Position numbers and translations under genes: made by a program. A DNA stretch of 14,241 nucleotides from a virus: IMG/VR virus record IMGVR_UViG_3300007162_000002; one strand, written 5' to 3'. Under the pieces are notes generated by a model. That model ran no database searches. It saw only the letters and a list, made by a program, of their open reading frames with translations, and was not told the DNA's origin. Below are positions 1 to 6,954 of this stretch, one piece after another. Within the stretch, counting starts at the first letter, position 1. Each line of letters begins with the position of its first letter.

Positions 1-120
1 AATCCTAACGCTCTTGTTTTTGCTGATCCAATGTTAGTAACAAATTCTGAATTTCCTACCCCTACAAATGGCATTGCTGAAATTATAGTTTCTCCAGCAG
101 CAACAGCAAAAGCCTACATG
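1..120. repeat. Terminal direct repeat, copy 1 (identical to 14122..14241). Circular-genome or assembly overlap.
   Basis: A base-by-base reading of 1..120 matches 14122..14241. The offset is 14121, which is divisible by 3, so the long ORF frame is preserved across the junction. Confidence 0.95.
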
Positions 121-3100
121 TATTATCTACCATTAGTTCCACTAGGTGTTGGAACTGCAAGTGGTGTTTCAAGATATACAAATGTATATCATAGAGTATT
201 ATATTCATTAAATTCTCACACAGTAAACCACGTTGATCAAGAAACAGATTCTTACTGGTTAACAGTTCCAGATACTAGTGAAGGAAACATTAGTTACATT
301 CAACAAAGAACTCCCGCAGGATCAACAATTAGACAACCAATATATTTACATTGGTTTTCTTTTGCTAAATCAAATGCAAATTATGCTAGTTTTATTAATC
401 TTGGTGTTGGACCTGTTTTTGCTGGTGATCAAGCAGGCAGCCAAGTAGTAAAAGTGCCACTTAGAGTTGGAAACATATCTTATAGAGGAAATACTGATTA
501 TATTCAATATCCAAGTAGTGGATTTGCAACTAAACCATTTAATTATGAAGATACTGGACCTGGAAACACTTGGCAATTTAAATTTGATGGAGAATCATAT
601 TTAAGAATACCTGAAGCAGGTCAAAGCGATTATGGTACTTATTTACAAAATTATATGACTGGCTCATATTATGGATCTTACGAAATGACAATTAGAACTG
701 ATCAAAACAATTGTGTTTTAGGTTCTGTTAGCCAAAGCATAAAAGCAACAGTAGATGGAACAGATATTTTTTCTTCAATACATTCAAGACCTTCTTCAAA
801 AGATAGTGAATTTGTTCAAGCAGAAATAAATAGCATTAGAACTGAAAGTCCATATACTACTTATACTGATAGATATCATAATAGAACATTAGAATATGCA
901 TATTTAGATGAAGGCGATTATATAAATTATGCTTCTAGTGATCAAGGTAGAAATTATGGCGACATTAGAATTGTAGATGGAAAAATAGCATTTTATCACA
1001 AAGATAGACTTAGTGGTGTAGAAACTTTAGTTTTAGGAACTACTTTAATAAATGATTTAAACAATCATCATATTATTGTAAATAGAACTGTTGATGGATT
1101 TGGCAATATGAATCAAGCAGATAAAAATAAAAAATCAAGATTAGAATTGTGGGTAGATGGTAATTTAGAAGCAATTTCTTATGAAATTAATGACAAAATT
1201 TGGTTAAATAGATTTTCATTTTTAGGAACTGGTTGGTCATTAGAAAAAAGCGGAAATGCTGAAAATGGTGAAGTAGTTACATTTAGACCAGTGTTTGATG
1301 AAAGCCAAGTATTTACTGGCTATATGCAAGATTACATTTGCAGAAGTAATAGACCATTAACAGAAATTGAAATTCAAAGATTGGCTCGTGCTAGATTTGA
1401 AATAATTGCTAAAAAAACAGATCCAATAATTGCTTCATCATCTATGCCTAACGCTACAGTTACAACAAATGCAAAAACTATATTAAGACTATATTGGGAT
1501 ATAGATGAAACTAGACAAAATGGTTTAAGTTTTACAAATAACAATTACAACATTTATACTTACAATGTTTTAAAAACTACATACAATAAACCATCAGAGT
1601 TATTTAATTTAGATCAAAACTTTAAAAATAAATTGCAAGAATTAGAAGAGGTAAGTGCAATAACTAATGATTATGTATACCTAAGCGACCCTTCTGTATT
1701 TTTAATTGATCCAGGCAATGTTGCAAATCAATTTGCATTAGGCAGTGAATTAGTTACAACTACAAGACCAAGGAAATATCATCAAGAATTTTTAGTAGAT
1801 GGAGTTATTATAAACACTGGCGATAGATTTGCTGTAACTGGTCAAACAGATCCTAGGCAAAATGGTTTATATGTATACAATGGAAGAGGAAAACCAGCAT
1901 TAAGAACAACTGATTCAAATACTGCATCTAAATTAACTAATTGTTATTTTTATGTAAGAAATGGTAATACAAATAAAAATACTTATTGGACATGCGTTTC
2001 TGAAAATATAACAAAAAGAATAGAGGCTGGATTTGGAAACTTAAGAGGAAAAAATTCTCCTTTAATATTTAAACAAATATATGATACAGAGATAACAGAA
2101 TCTTCTCCAATATATGATGATTATTATAGAAATGGAATTGCAAAAACTCCTAGATTTATAGATGTAAATAATGATATTGAATTTGATTATGACATTATTA
2201 CATTTATTAACTATCCAACAAATAGTAATGAGTTGTTAGAATCAATTCCTGGTTATGACAAACAATATGTAAGCAATCTTTATAAAGACTTTATTAATAA
2301 TTTAATTACTGCTGCTGCAAATGGAAAAAATATATTTGTAAACAGTCCAATGCTTACACAAGATTTAGGAATAGCAACAAATGTAGTAAATGTTCCTCAA
2401 ACTTTTGACACAAACGATACAAAAAGTCAATCTGAAAACTTATTTGATTTAACAACTTCTGGATCTATTCATTTTGATAATTACAGAAATAATAAATATC
2501 AAGTTGTAAACACATTGTCTGGTTTAACAAATCAATCAACATATATTATGACAGATTTTGTTAACTATATACCAGAACAATCTTGGTTAAATGATCAATA
2601 TCACATAAAATATACAAATAAAACAAGCGGTTTATCAATAAATGATGAATATATAATTCCAACTTTGCCAGTTAGGTCTGCACAACTTAATTTAATAAAA
2701 TCTAACAATCAAATTGGATCAAAAGATATATTTGGAGTTTTAGGTTCAAACATAATAGTTGGAACACCAATAACAACTTTTGGTCAAAATTATTGGGTTA
2801 ATAATACATTAACTTCAAATCCATATAAAAATTATGTAACAACTATTGCTGTAAATTCTGGATCTGTAGTAAAAGGTATTACTATAACTGGTAAAATATT
2901 TGTTAATTTAGTAGAAGATGGATTAACTGCTGGCAGAGAAGATTATAATTATGCAATTTTACAAGACGTTCCAAATACTCAAGAAACTGCTGCTAAAAGA
3001 CTTTGGCAATATTCAACCAGTCGTTTAAGAAAAAATAAAAAATATGTTCTTGAAGAAGAAGCCTACAACATTCAAAGACTTCCAAGCAATTCTGGTGGAG

Positions 3101-3279
3101 GTCCTATAGTTCAAATGCCAACAAACATTACCGATGGAACTATTAGGAATAATTATGATATAGAAAATGGTAATGCTTATTCAACAGAATATAATAATGT
3201 TGAAAATGAATTATATACCACAATAAAAGTTCCGTGTTTAAGTATGTCTTACATGGGATTAAAATGGTTAGGGGGTTAA
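1..3279 (+). CDS. Giant multidomain virion (tail or receptor-binding?) protein, C-terminal 1092 codons. Continuation of 12319..14241 across the circular junction.
   Basis: Frame 1 is open from base 1 to TAA 3277..3279 and is the same frame as the ORF entering from 12319. The combined ORF is 5082 nt / 1693 aa. There is a LamG/ConA-like signature at about 577..1401 (FKFDGESYLRIPE ... RLELWVDGNLEA ... FTGYMQDY). There is a tail-fibre-like motif at about 1819..1998 (GDRFAVTGQTDPRQNGLYVY...RTTD...YFYVRNG...TYWT). Confidence 0.8.
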   Translation, partial: NPNALVFADPMLVTNSEFPTPTNGIAEIIVSPAATAKAYMYYLPLVPLGVGTASGVSRYTNVYHRVLYSLNSHTVNHVDQETDSYWLTVPDTSEGNISYIQQRTPAGSTIRQPIYLHWFSFAKSNANYASFINLGVGPVFAGDQAGSQVVKVPLRVGNISYRGNTDYIQYPSSGFATKPFNYEDTGPGNTWQFKFDGESYLRIPEAGQSDYGTYLQNYMTGSYYGSYEMTIRTDQNNCVLGSVSQSIKATVDGTDIFSSIHSRPSSKDSEFVQAEINSIRTESPYTTYTDRYHNRTLEYAYLDEGDYINYASSDQGRNYGDIRIVDGKIAFYHKDRLSGVETLVLGTTLINDLNNHHIIVNRTVDGFGNMNQADKNKKSRLELWVDGNLEAISYEINDKIWLNRFSFLGTGWSLEKSGNAENGEVVTFRPVFDESQVFTGYMQDYICRSNRPLTEIEIQRLARARFEIIAKKTDPIIASSSMPNATVTTNAKTILRLYWDIDETRQNGLSFTNNNYNIYTYNVLKTTYNKPSELFNLDQNFKNKLQELEEVSAITNDYVYLSDPSVFLIDPGNVANQFALGSELVTTTRPRKYHQEFLVDGVIINTGDRFAVTGQTDPRQNGLYVYNGRGKPALRTTDSNTASKLTNCYFYVRNGNTNKNTYWTCVSENITKRIEAGFGNLRGKNSPLIFKQIYDTEITESSPIYDDYYRNGIAKTPRFIDVNNDIEFDYDIITFINYPTNSNELLESIPGYDKQYVSNLYKDFINNLITAAANGKNIFVNSPMLTQDLGIATNVVNVPQTFDTNDTKSQSENLFDLTTSGSIHFDNYRNNKYQVVNTLSGLTNQSTYIMTDFVNYIPEQSWLNDQYHIKYTNKTSGLSINDEYIIPTLPVRSAQLNLIKSNNQIGSKDIFGVLGSNIIVGTPITTFGQNYWVNNTLTSNPYKNYVTTIAVNSGSVVKGITITGKIFVNLVEDGLTAGREDYNYAILQDVPNTQETAAKRLWQYSTSRLRKNKKYVLEEEAYNIQRLPSNSGGGPIVQMPTNITDGTIRNNYDIENGNAYSTEYNNVENELYTTIKVPCLSMSYMGLKWLGG

Positions 3280-3280
3280 A

Positions 3281-3688
3281 ATGTTTGCAACAACAACACA
3301 AGTATTTAATTTAACAGCAGTTAATGTTAACGAATCATTAATTTCTCGTGCTCAATCTATAATTGAAGTTTATATTGGAAGATTAGAAGCATCTGTTACA
3401 AATACTACTGATTTAGAATATTTAAAAAGAGCAGTGTCTTATCAGGCTGCCTACATGTTAAACAATGAAGATATTGTTTTTGAACAAATAGCAGCAAGTA
3501 CTATAAGTCAAAATGATTCAGTAGTAACTTTTAAGCCAGGAGATCAAAATGCACCATGGATAGCACCTTTGGCTATTATGGCTTGTAAAAGATTATCTTT
3601 CTTAAAAACTCGTTATATAAGAACAGGAAAAATAGATCCAGTAACACTTTTGTCTGATGATATAGATTCTGATTGGACAACAATCTAA
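3281..3688 (+). CDS. Head-tail connector/adaptor (gp6-like, Phage_connect_1-like).
   Basis: 135 aa. A GGGGG ribosome binding site sits just upstream (3271..3275). The pattern ...SRAQSIIEVYIGR...LKRAVSYQAAYMLNN... resembles gp6/gp15-type connector proteins. Confidence 0.55.
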   Translation: MFATTTQVFNLTAVNVNESLISRAQSIIEVYIGRLEASVTNTTDLEYLKRAVSYQAAYMLNNEDIVFEQIAASTISQNDSVVTFKPGDQNAPWIAPLAIMACKRLSFLKTRYIRTGKIDPVTLLSDDIDSDWTTI

Positions 3689-4014
3689 TGAAATTATCAT
3701 CGGTATTTAGAAATAAATATATTGGAGATTACCACAATTATATAAATAAAAAACAAGGCAATCAAACAATACAAGAATTTTTCTTTGATAAAAAGATTAA
3801 TTTTACTATGGGAACAGAAGGAAGTGCTGAAAGGCTTTCTTTTTATTCTGAACATAGTTTAAGAGTTGGTGCTGAAATTAGAAATGTTAAAGATTCTAGA
3901 GGAATTAATATTTTTCCAGAAGGATACTATAGTATTACTAATGCACAGCCTATAGTAAATGTATTTAATAATATATCAGGATATAAATATAGAGCCATAA
4001 GAATATTGGAGTAG
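3688..4014 (+). CDS. Hypothetical small structural-module protein (108 aa).
   Basis: The ATG at 3688 overlaps the upstream TAA (TAATG). The TTG at 3673 in the ORF track is a less likely start. No recognisable motif. Confidence 0.6.
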   Translation: MKLSSVFRNKYIGDYHNYINKKQGNQTIQEFFFDKKINFTMGTEGSAERLSFYSEHSLRVGAEIRNVKDSRGINIFPEGYYSITNAQPIVNVFNNISGYKYRAIRILE

Positions 4015-4019
4015 GATAA

Positions 4020-4535
4020 ATGTTTGGTGCATCTTACTTGGTTCGATTTATAGGAAGAACTACTGCTAGAAGATTAGCAAGATATATATCTAGAGATTTT
4101 TTTAGAAGAATTAGAGGTTCTTTAGGTTCTTACGTAGATGATTTTTTAGCATCTGAAAGTGCTGAAGAATTTGGTCAGGCTATTATTGCCGCTTCTATTG
4201 TAGAAGCAATAGGTGTAATGTCTACTATGGTAGTTAACGCTGGTATGGAATCAATTTTTGAAGATTATGTAGTTCCAGCCTTTGAAGGCATAGAAATTAG
4301 TCCAGAAGATTGTGATCCAGAACAAGTTTATAACGATATACCTGCAGAATATTTAGAATTTATGTCTGATATGGTGTCAGAAGGGGTTTCTATAGTTGAA
4401 GCCGCAAAAGAAGAAGCCTTAGAAATAGCAGAATTTGCTTCTCTTTCTGGCGTAAAAGTAGGTGCTGGTATGTCAAATCAAGGCATAGGTGAAGGAATAG
4501 GTGGAGGAGAAGACTTTGATGGTGAAGACGATTAG
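4020..4535 (+). CDS. Hypothetical protein (171 aa) with a basic N-terminus, a hydrophobic centre and an acidic Gly-rich C-terminus.
   Basis: ATG 4020 is preceded by GGAGTAGGA. The N-terminus is RFIGRTTARRLARYISRDFFRRIR. The hydrophobic stretch is AIIAASIVEAIGVMSTMVVNAGM. The C-terminus is GIGEGIGGGEDFDGEDD. Confidence 0.65.
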   Translation: MFGASYLVRFIGRTTARRLARYISRDFFRRIRGSLGSYVDDFLASESAEEFGQAIIAASIVEAIGVMSTMVVNAGMESIFEDYVVPAFEGIEISPEDCDPEQVYNDIPAEYLEFMSDMVSEGVSIVEAAKEEALEIAEFASLSGVKVGAGMSNQGIGEGIGGGEDFDGEDD

Positions 4536-4538
4536 ACC

Positions 4539-4566
4539 TTGACAGTTGTCCACCGTATGGTATAAT
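4539..4566 (+). promoter_or_regulatory. Near-consensus sigma-70/sigma-A promoter for the rep gene.
   Basis: TTGACA at 4539..4544, a 16-nt spacer, then TGgTATAAT (TG 4558..4559, TATAAT 4561..4566). It lies immediately after the stop of the upstream gene and 28 nt before the rep ATG. The spacer contains an iteron copy. Confidence 0.8.
4544..4552 (+). repeat. Iteron copy (AGTTGTCCA) inside the rep promoter spacer.
   Basis: Exact match to the 9-mer repeated at 4889, 4910, 4931, 4952 and 5132. Confidence 0.8.
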
Positions 4567-4593
4567 AGTAGTACACAAGTAGAGAGGTGTAAT

Positions 4594-5265
4594 ATGAATC
4601 ATCATTCATTTAGAATGTTAATTAAAGACATTCCTAGCAATATATTAAAAAATAATAATATAAATCCAGCACATTTTAAAGCAGTTTGCTTTATTTTGTC
4701 TATGTATGGCAGTTACGAAACAGGCACAAGCGTATTTCCATCTTGGCTTACTGTGGCTAAAGAGGCTGGTGTTGATAGAAAAACTGGTATGAAAGTAAGA
4801 GATTTTTTGCTTAAATACAATATTTTAACTCCTATAGGTAAAAGATTAAAGAATGTATCAGAATATAAATTCTCTGATCCATCAGATGAGTTGTCCATTA
4901 TGATGAATAAGTTGTCCACTTTAGACATGCAGTTGTCCACTTTACCAAATCAGTTGTCCAGTATTGATGGACACAATAGTATTATAGATACTACTATAGA
5001 TAGTATTAATTATATTATTAAAGAAGATTTAAAAGAAGAAAAAAATCAAGGGGTAGATTATTCTTTGATTAATAATTTAAATACCCTTGATTATGAATTA
5101 ATAGATTGGGATGATGAATCCGAAGATGACCAGTTGTCCAATTTAGACTACCCAGATGAGGAATTAGATAAAGTCTTTCAAGAAGACTACCAAAATTCGG
5201 GGGTAGAAAAGAATAAAGAATTAGAAGATATGATGAATAGTTACTTTACCTTTGGAAAGATATAA
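4594..5265 (+). CDS. Replication initiator / origin-binding protein: winged-HTH N-terminus and acidic C-terminus.
   Basis: ATG 4594 is preceded by GAGAGGTG (4582..4589). HTH-like segment SWLTVAKEAGVDRKTGMKVRDFLLKYNIL. The iteron array lies inside the linker coding region, and the C-terminal half is acidic. The TTG at 4546 in the track falls inside the promoter and is unlikely. Confidence 0.6.
   Translation: MNHHSFRMLIKDIPSNILKNNNINPAHFKAVCFILSMYGSYETGTSVFPSWLTVAKEAGVDRKTGMKVRDFLLKYNILTPIGKRLKNVSEYKFSDPSDELSIMMNKLSTLDMQLSTLPNQLSSIDGHNSIIDTTIDSINYIIKEDLKEEKNQGVDYSLINNLNTLDYELIDWDDESEDDQLSNLDYPDEELDKVFQEDYQNSGVEKNKELEDMMNSYFTFGKI
4889..4960 (+). repeat. Iteron array: 4 direct copies of AGTTGTCCA with exact 21-bp spacing (putative ori).
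   Basis: Copies start at 4889, 4910, 4931 and 4952. They are read in frame as xLS(I/T/S). A markedly AT-rich tract follows (about 4961..5045). Confidence 0.85.
5132..5140 (+). repeat. Sixth iteron copy (AGTTGTCCA).
   Basis: Exact 9-mer in the same orientation, preceded by C as in three other copies. Confidence 0.75.
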
Positions 5266-5435
5266 TGACTAAATTATTTATTGATGAAACTAGAAATTAT
5301 TATGTATTTGTTTGTCCAAAAGATGGAGAAATTGATATAGTATATACTGAAGAATTAGACAAACCTATTGGATCATATTTTCATCCAACATGTAAAACTG
5401 AATGTGACCTACTAGAACTAGATTGGGTATTATAA
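5265..5435 (+). CDS. Small hypothetical protein (56 aa) with a Cys/His cluster.
   Basis: Not in the ORF track, presumably because it is too short. ATG 5265 overlaps the rep stop (TAATG). The frame is open to TAA 5433..5435. The protein MTKLFIDETRNYYVFVCPKDGE...HPTCKTEC carries C-x22-H-x2-C-x3-C. Confidence 0.5.
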   Translation: MTKLFIDETRNYYVFVCPKDGEIDIVYTEELDKPIGSYFHPTCKTECDLLELDWVL

Positions 5436-5638
5436 TGGGAACTCCTAGAATCAAAATAAAAGAAACAAAAACAACATATCAATATACAATTTTATATTGT
5501 AACAATGAAAATCGTGCTGAAATAATTTCATACAAAACAGAAGCCTTTGATAAAAATCCCCAAGTTAAGTGCTCTTCTTGTGAATGCAATCATTTTATGC
5601 AAGTTATAGGTTGGGAAGAAGAAACGTGGAAAGCGTAG
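5435..5638 (+). CDS. Small hypothetical protein (67 aa), Cys-rich.
   Basis: ATG 5435 overlaps the upstream TAA (TAATG). The TTG at 5423 in the track is less likely. Contains CSSCECNH. Confidence 0.55.
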   Translation: MGTPRIKIKETKTTYQYTILYCNNENRAEIISYKTEAFDKNPQVKCSSCECNHFMQVIGWEEETWKA

Positions 5639-5817
5639 TAAGTCCTTTAAACCCTATTGAAATCATACTTAAATATCCAGATATTTGTCAGATCTGTAAT
5701 CAAAAAATGAAGATGCTTGATTTAGGAATATGGAGAGGTAAACAATACGGTATGCTTCACACCGATTGTTACAACAAAAGTGTTAACACAACATTAGAAG
5801 AATTGCTTGATTGGTAA
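5626..5817 (+). CDS. Small putative zinc-binding protein (63 aa from GTG 5626, or 77 aa from ATG 5584).
   Basis: Contains C-x2-C-x20-H-x2-C (ICQIC...HTDC). The start is ambiguous, and the frame overlaps the end of the preceding ORF. Confidence 0.5.
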   Translation: MESVVSPLNPIEIILKYPDICQICNQKMKMLDLGIWRGKQYGMLHTDCYNKSVNTTLEELLDW

Positions 5818-5831
5818 CTATGTGCTATAAT
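5803..5831 (+). promoter_or_regulatory. Putative extended -10 promoter.
   Basis: TTGCTT at 5803..5808, a 17-nt spacer, then TGcTATAAT (TATAAT 5826..5831). Confidence 0.5.
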
Positions 5832-5837
5832 AAACCT

Positions 5838-5855
5838 ATAAGTCTTCTGACTTAT
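5838..5855 (+). other. AT-rich hairpin (7-bp stem, TTCT loop).
   Basis: ATAAGTC at 5838..5844 pairs with GACTTAT at 5849..5855. It lies between the two putative promoters. Confidence 0.4.
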
Positions 5856-5876
5856 TAATTATATTAGTAGCCATAT

Positions 5877-5885
5877 TGATATAAT
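5877..5885 (+). promoter_or_regulatory. Putative extended -10 promoter element (TGaTATAAT) with no good -35.
   Basis: TG at 5877..5878 and TATAAT at 5880..5885. The predicted transcription start is about 5891..5893, at the foot of the GC-rich hairpin. Confidence 0.5.
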
Positions 5886-5893
5886 CACCTCTC

Positions 5894-5947
5894 GAGGGAG
5901 GGGCGGGATCTGTGGGGTCACAGTCATACTACGCCTCTCCTTCTTTT
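5894..5947 (+). terminator. GC-rich compound hairpin plus T-tract: an intrinsic terminator or attenuator, or the body of a small RNA.
   Basis: GAGGGAGGGGCG at 5894..5905 pairs with CGCCTCTCCTTC at 5932..5943 (12 bp including G-U pairs). There is an inner CTGTG/CACAG hairpin at 5910..5923. TTTT follows at 5944..5947. This is the only strongly GC-rich island in an AT-rich genome. Confidence 0.6.
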
Positions 5948-5997
5948 AAAGAGGTAGATTGCAATGTTGCAGTAACTAGTATAAATGGGAGGATTAA

Positions 5998-6102
5998 ATG
6001 AGTTCTGGCTTTACAGAAGAATTAACTTTAGAACAACTTCAAGCATTAAATTTAAATCCACCAATCGTTGGTGCACAAATTTCGGGGTATACAGAAGAAT
6101 AA
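5998..6102 (+). CDS. Small hypothetical protein (34 aa).
   Basis: ATG 5998 is preceded by GGGAGGA (5987..5993). Sequence MSSGFTEELTLEQLQALNLNPPIVGAQISGYTEE. The stop TAA 6100..6102 overlaps the next ATG. The ATG at 5985 in the ORF track sits on top of this ribosome binding site and is in another frame. Confidence 0.5.
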   Translation: MSSGFTEELTLEQLQALNLNPPIVGAQISGYTEE

Positions 6103-6266
6103 TGATATTATTTCCTACTGCTAATGATGTATCCTATGATATAGAAAAGAAACATATATCCTTTTCAATGATATTCTTTGATGAAACAAATAAAACTAAT
6201 ATAGTTATAACATTTAAGGCTGATACCGCTCTTCAAGAAGTAATAGAAGATTTGTTGGTTAAATAA
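6102..6266 (+). CDS. Small hypothetical protein (54 aa).
   Basis: In-frame ATG 6102 of track ORF 5985..6266, coupled to the upstream stop (TAATG). MILFPTANDVSYDIEKKH... Confidence 0.5.
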   Translation: MILFPTANDVSYDIEKKHISFSMIFFDETNKTNIVITFKADTALQEVIEDLLVK

Positions 6267-6454
6267 TGGTAAATAAATGGTATTGGAAGAATAAAATGAG
6301 TAAATATGTAGGGACCGCCGCAAGTGTGTGTCTTAATCCTAAAAACCCTGGTTCATGCTTAAATTTGAGGGTATATAAATGTAAAGATATATGTAATTTT
6401 GTTAATAATAGTAAATATGATTATTATATGAATAAATCAAGGATAAGTTTATAA
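6266..6454 (+). CDS. Small hypothetical protein (62 aa) with four Cys.
   Basis: ATG 6266 overlaps the upstream TAA (TAATG). An alternative start at ATG 6296 follows GGAAGA. Confidence 0.45.
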   Translation: MVNKWYWKNKMSKYVGTAASVCLNPKNPGSCLNLRVYKCKDICNFVNNSKYDYYMNKSRISL

Positions 6455-6462
6455 GGAGATAT

Positions 6463-6954
6463 ATGGGATATAGTAAATATAATGAAGATCAAATAGAAGA
6501 ATTTATTTCTACCGCCGATGAAATGGGCCTTGGGCCAGCAATCCGCTATTTAGGCTATCCAGGCTCTTATCATACAGCCAAGAAGTTTTATACACAAAGA
6601 GGATTAGATCTTCCTACCCCCGATAGTTTGGCGGTACTGGCAAGAAATTTAGGTATATTTTATACTGATAAAGAAAAGATAGTAGCAGCACAAGCAGTAT
6701 TAGATAGATGCTTTGAAAAACTAATGGAAGATAGTCTTAATAGTGAAGAATTAAATAAATTATCAAATGCTGTTCATAAAGCAATACAAACTATTAATCT
6801 AATAGAAGGAAAATCTACTAATATTAATGAAAATAGATCTAAAGATGGTACAGATCTAGCATTAGTTGATATGATTAATGAAGCAAAGATTAAAAATAAT
6901 GAAATGAAAGAAAGAATTATAAATAAATCTATTGACAAGGTAAATAATATATGA
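6463..6954 (+). CDS. Putative terminase small subunit.
   Basis: 163 aa, with an AAGGAG ribosome binding site at 6453..6458. It sits upstream of the large terminase. The N-terminus is HTH-like (EEFISTADEMGLGPAIRYLGYPGSYHTAKKFY) and the C-terminus is coiled-coil-like. The call rests on position and size only. Confidence 0.5.
   Translation: MGYSKYNEDQIEEFISTADEMGLGPAIRYLGYPGSYHTAKKFYTQRGLDLPTPDSLAVLARNLGIFYTDKEKIVAAQAVLDRCFEKLMEDSLNSEELNKLSNAVHKAIQTINLIEGKSTNINENRSKDGTDLALVDMINEAKIKNNEMKERIINKSIDKVNNI

Noticed and set aside
1-120. The 120-bp terminal repeat read as a biological direct terminal repeat, an LTR-like element or a duplicated gene fragment.
   Set aside because: It lies in the middle of a continuous reading frame whose phase is preserved across the junction. 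The simplest explanation is the overlap produced when a circular or circularly permuted genome is assembled. True physical termini cannot be inferred from sequence alone.
370-576. Minus-strand ORFs in the track (370..576, 4390..4605, 4713..4940, 10105..10590, 10792..11268, 11398..11682, 11507..11716, 13152..13337, 13977..14195).
   Set aside because: Every one lies fully antisense to a well-supported + strand gene. They have no ribosome binding site, and their low-complexity compositions (Leu/Ser/Ile-rich) are typical of shadow frames. The long ones opposite the scaffold and MCP genes are explained by the codon bias of those genes.
1404-1416. A7 homopolymer runs (about 1406, 5036 and 9789), considered as programmed frameshift or phase-variation sites.
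   Set aside because: No alternative-frame ORF continues downstream of any of them, and such runs are expected in an AT-rich, Lys-rich genome.
4546-4593. TTG or upstream-ATG extended starts given by the ORF track (4546, 3673, 5423, 5985).
   Set aside because: Position 4546 falls within the promoter spacer. Positions 3673 and 5423 are non-ATG codons a few codons upstream of ATGs that overlap the preceding stop. Position 5985 sits on the ribosome binding site of the 5998 ORF.
6399-6427. TTGTTA-17-TATTAT promoter-like match upstream of the terS candidate.
   Set aside because: Weak hexamers of this kind are expected by chance in AT-rich sequence. There is no extended -10, and the match lies inside an ORF.
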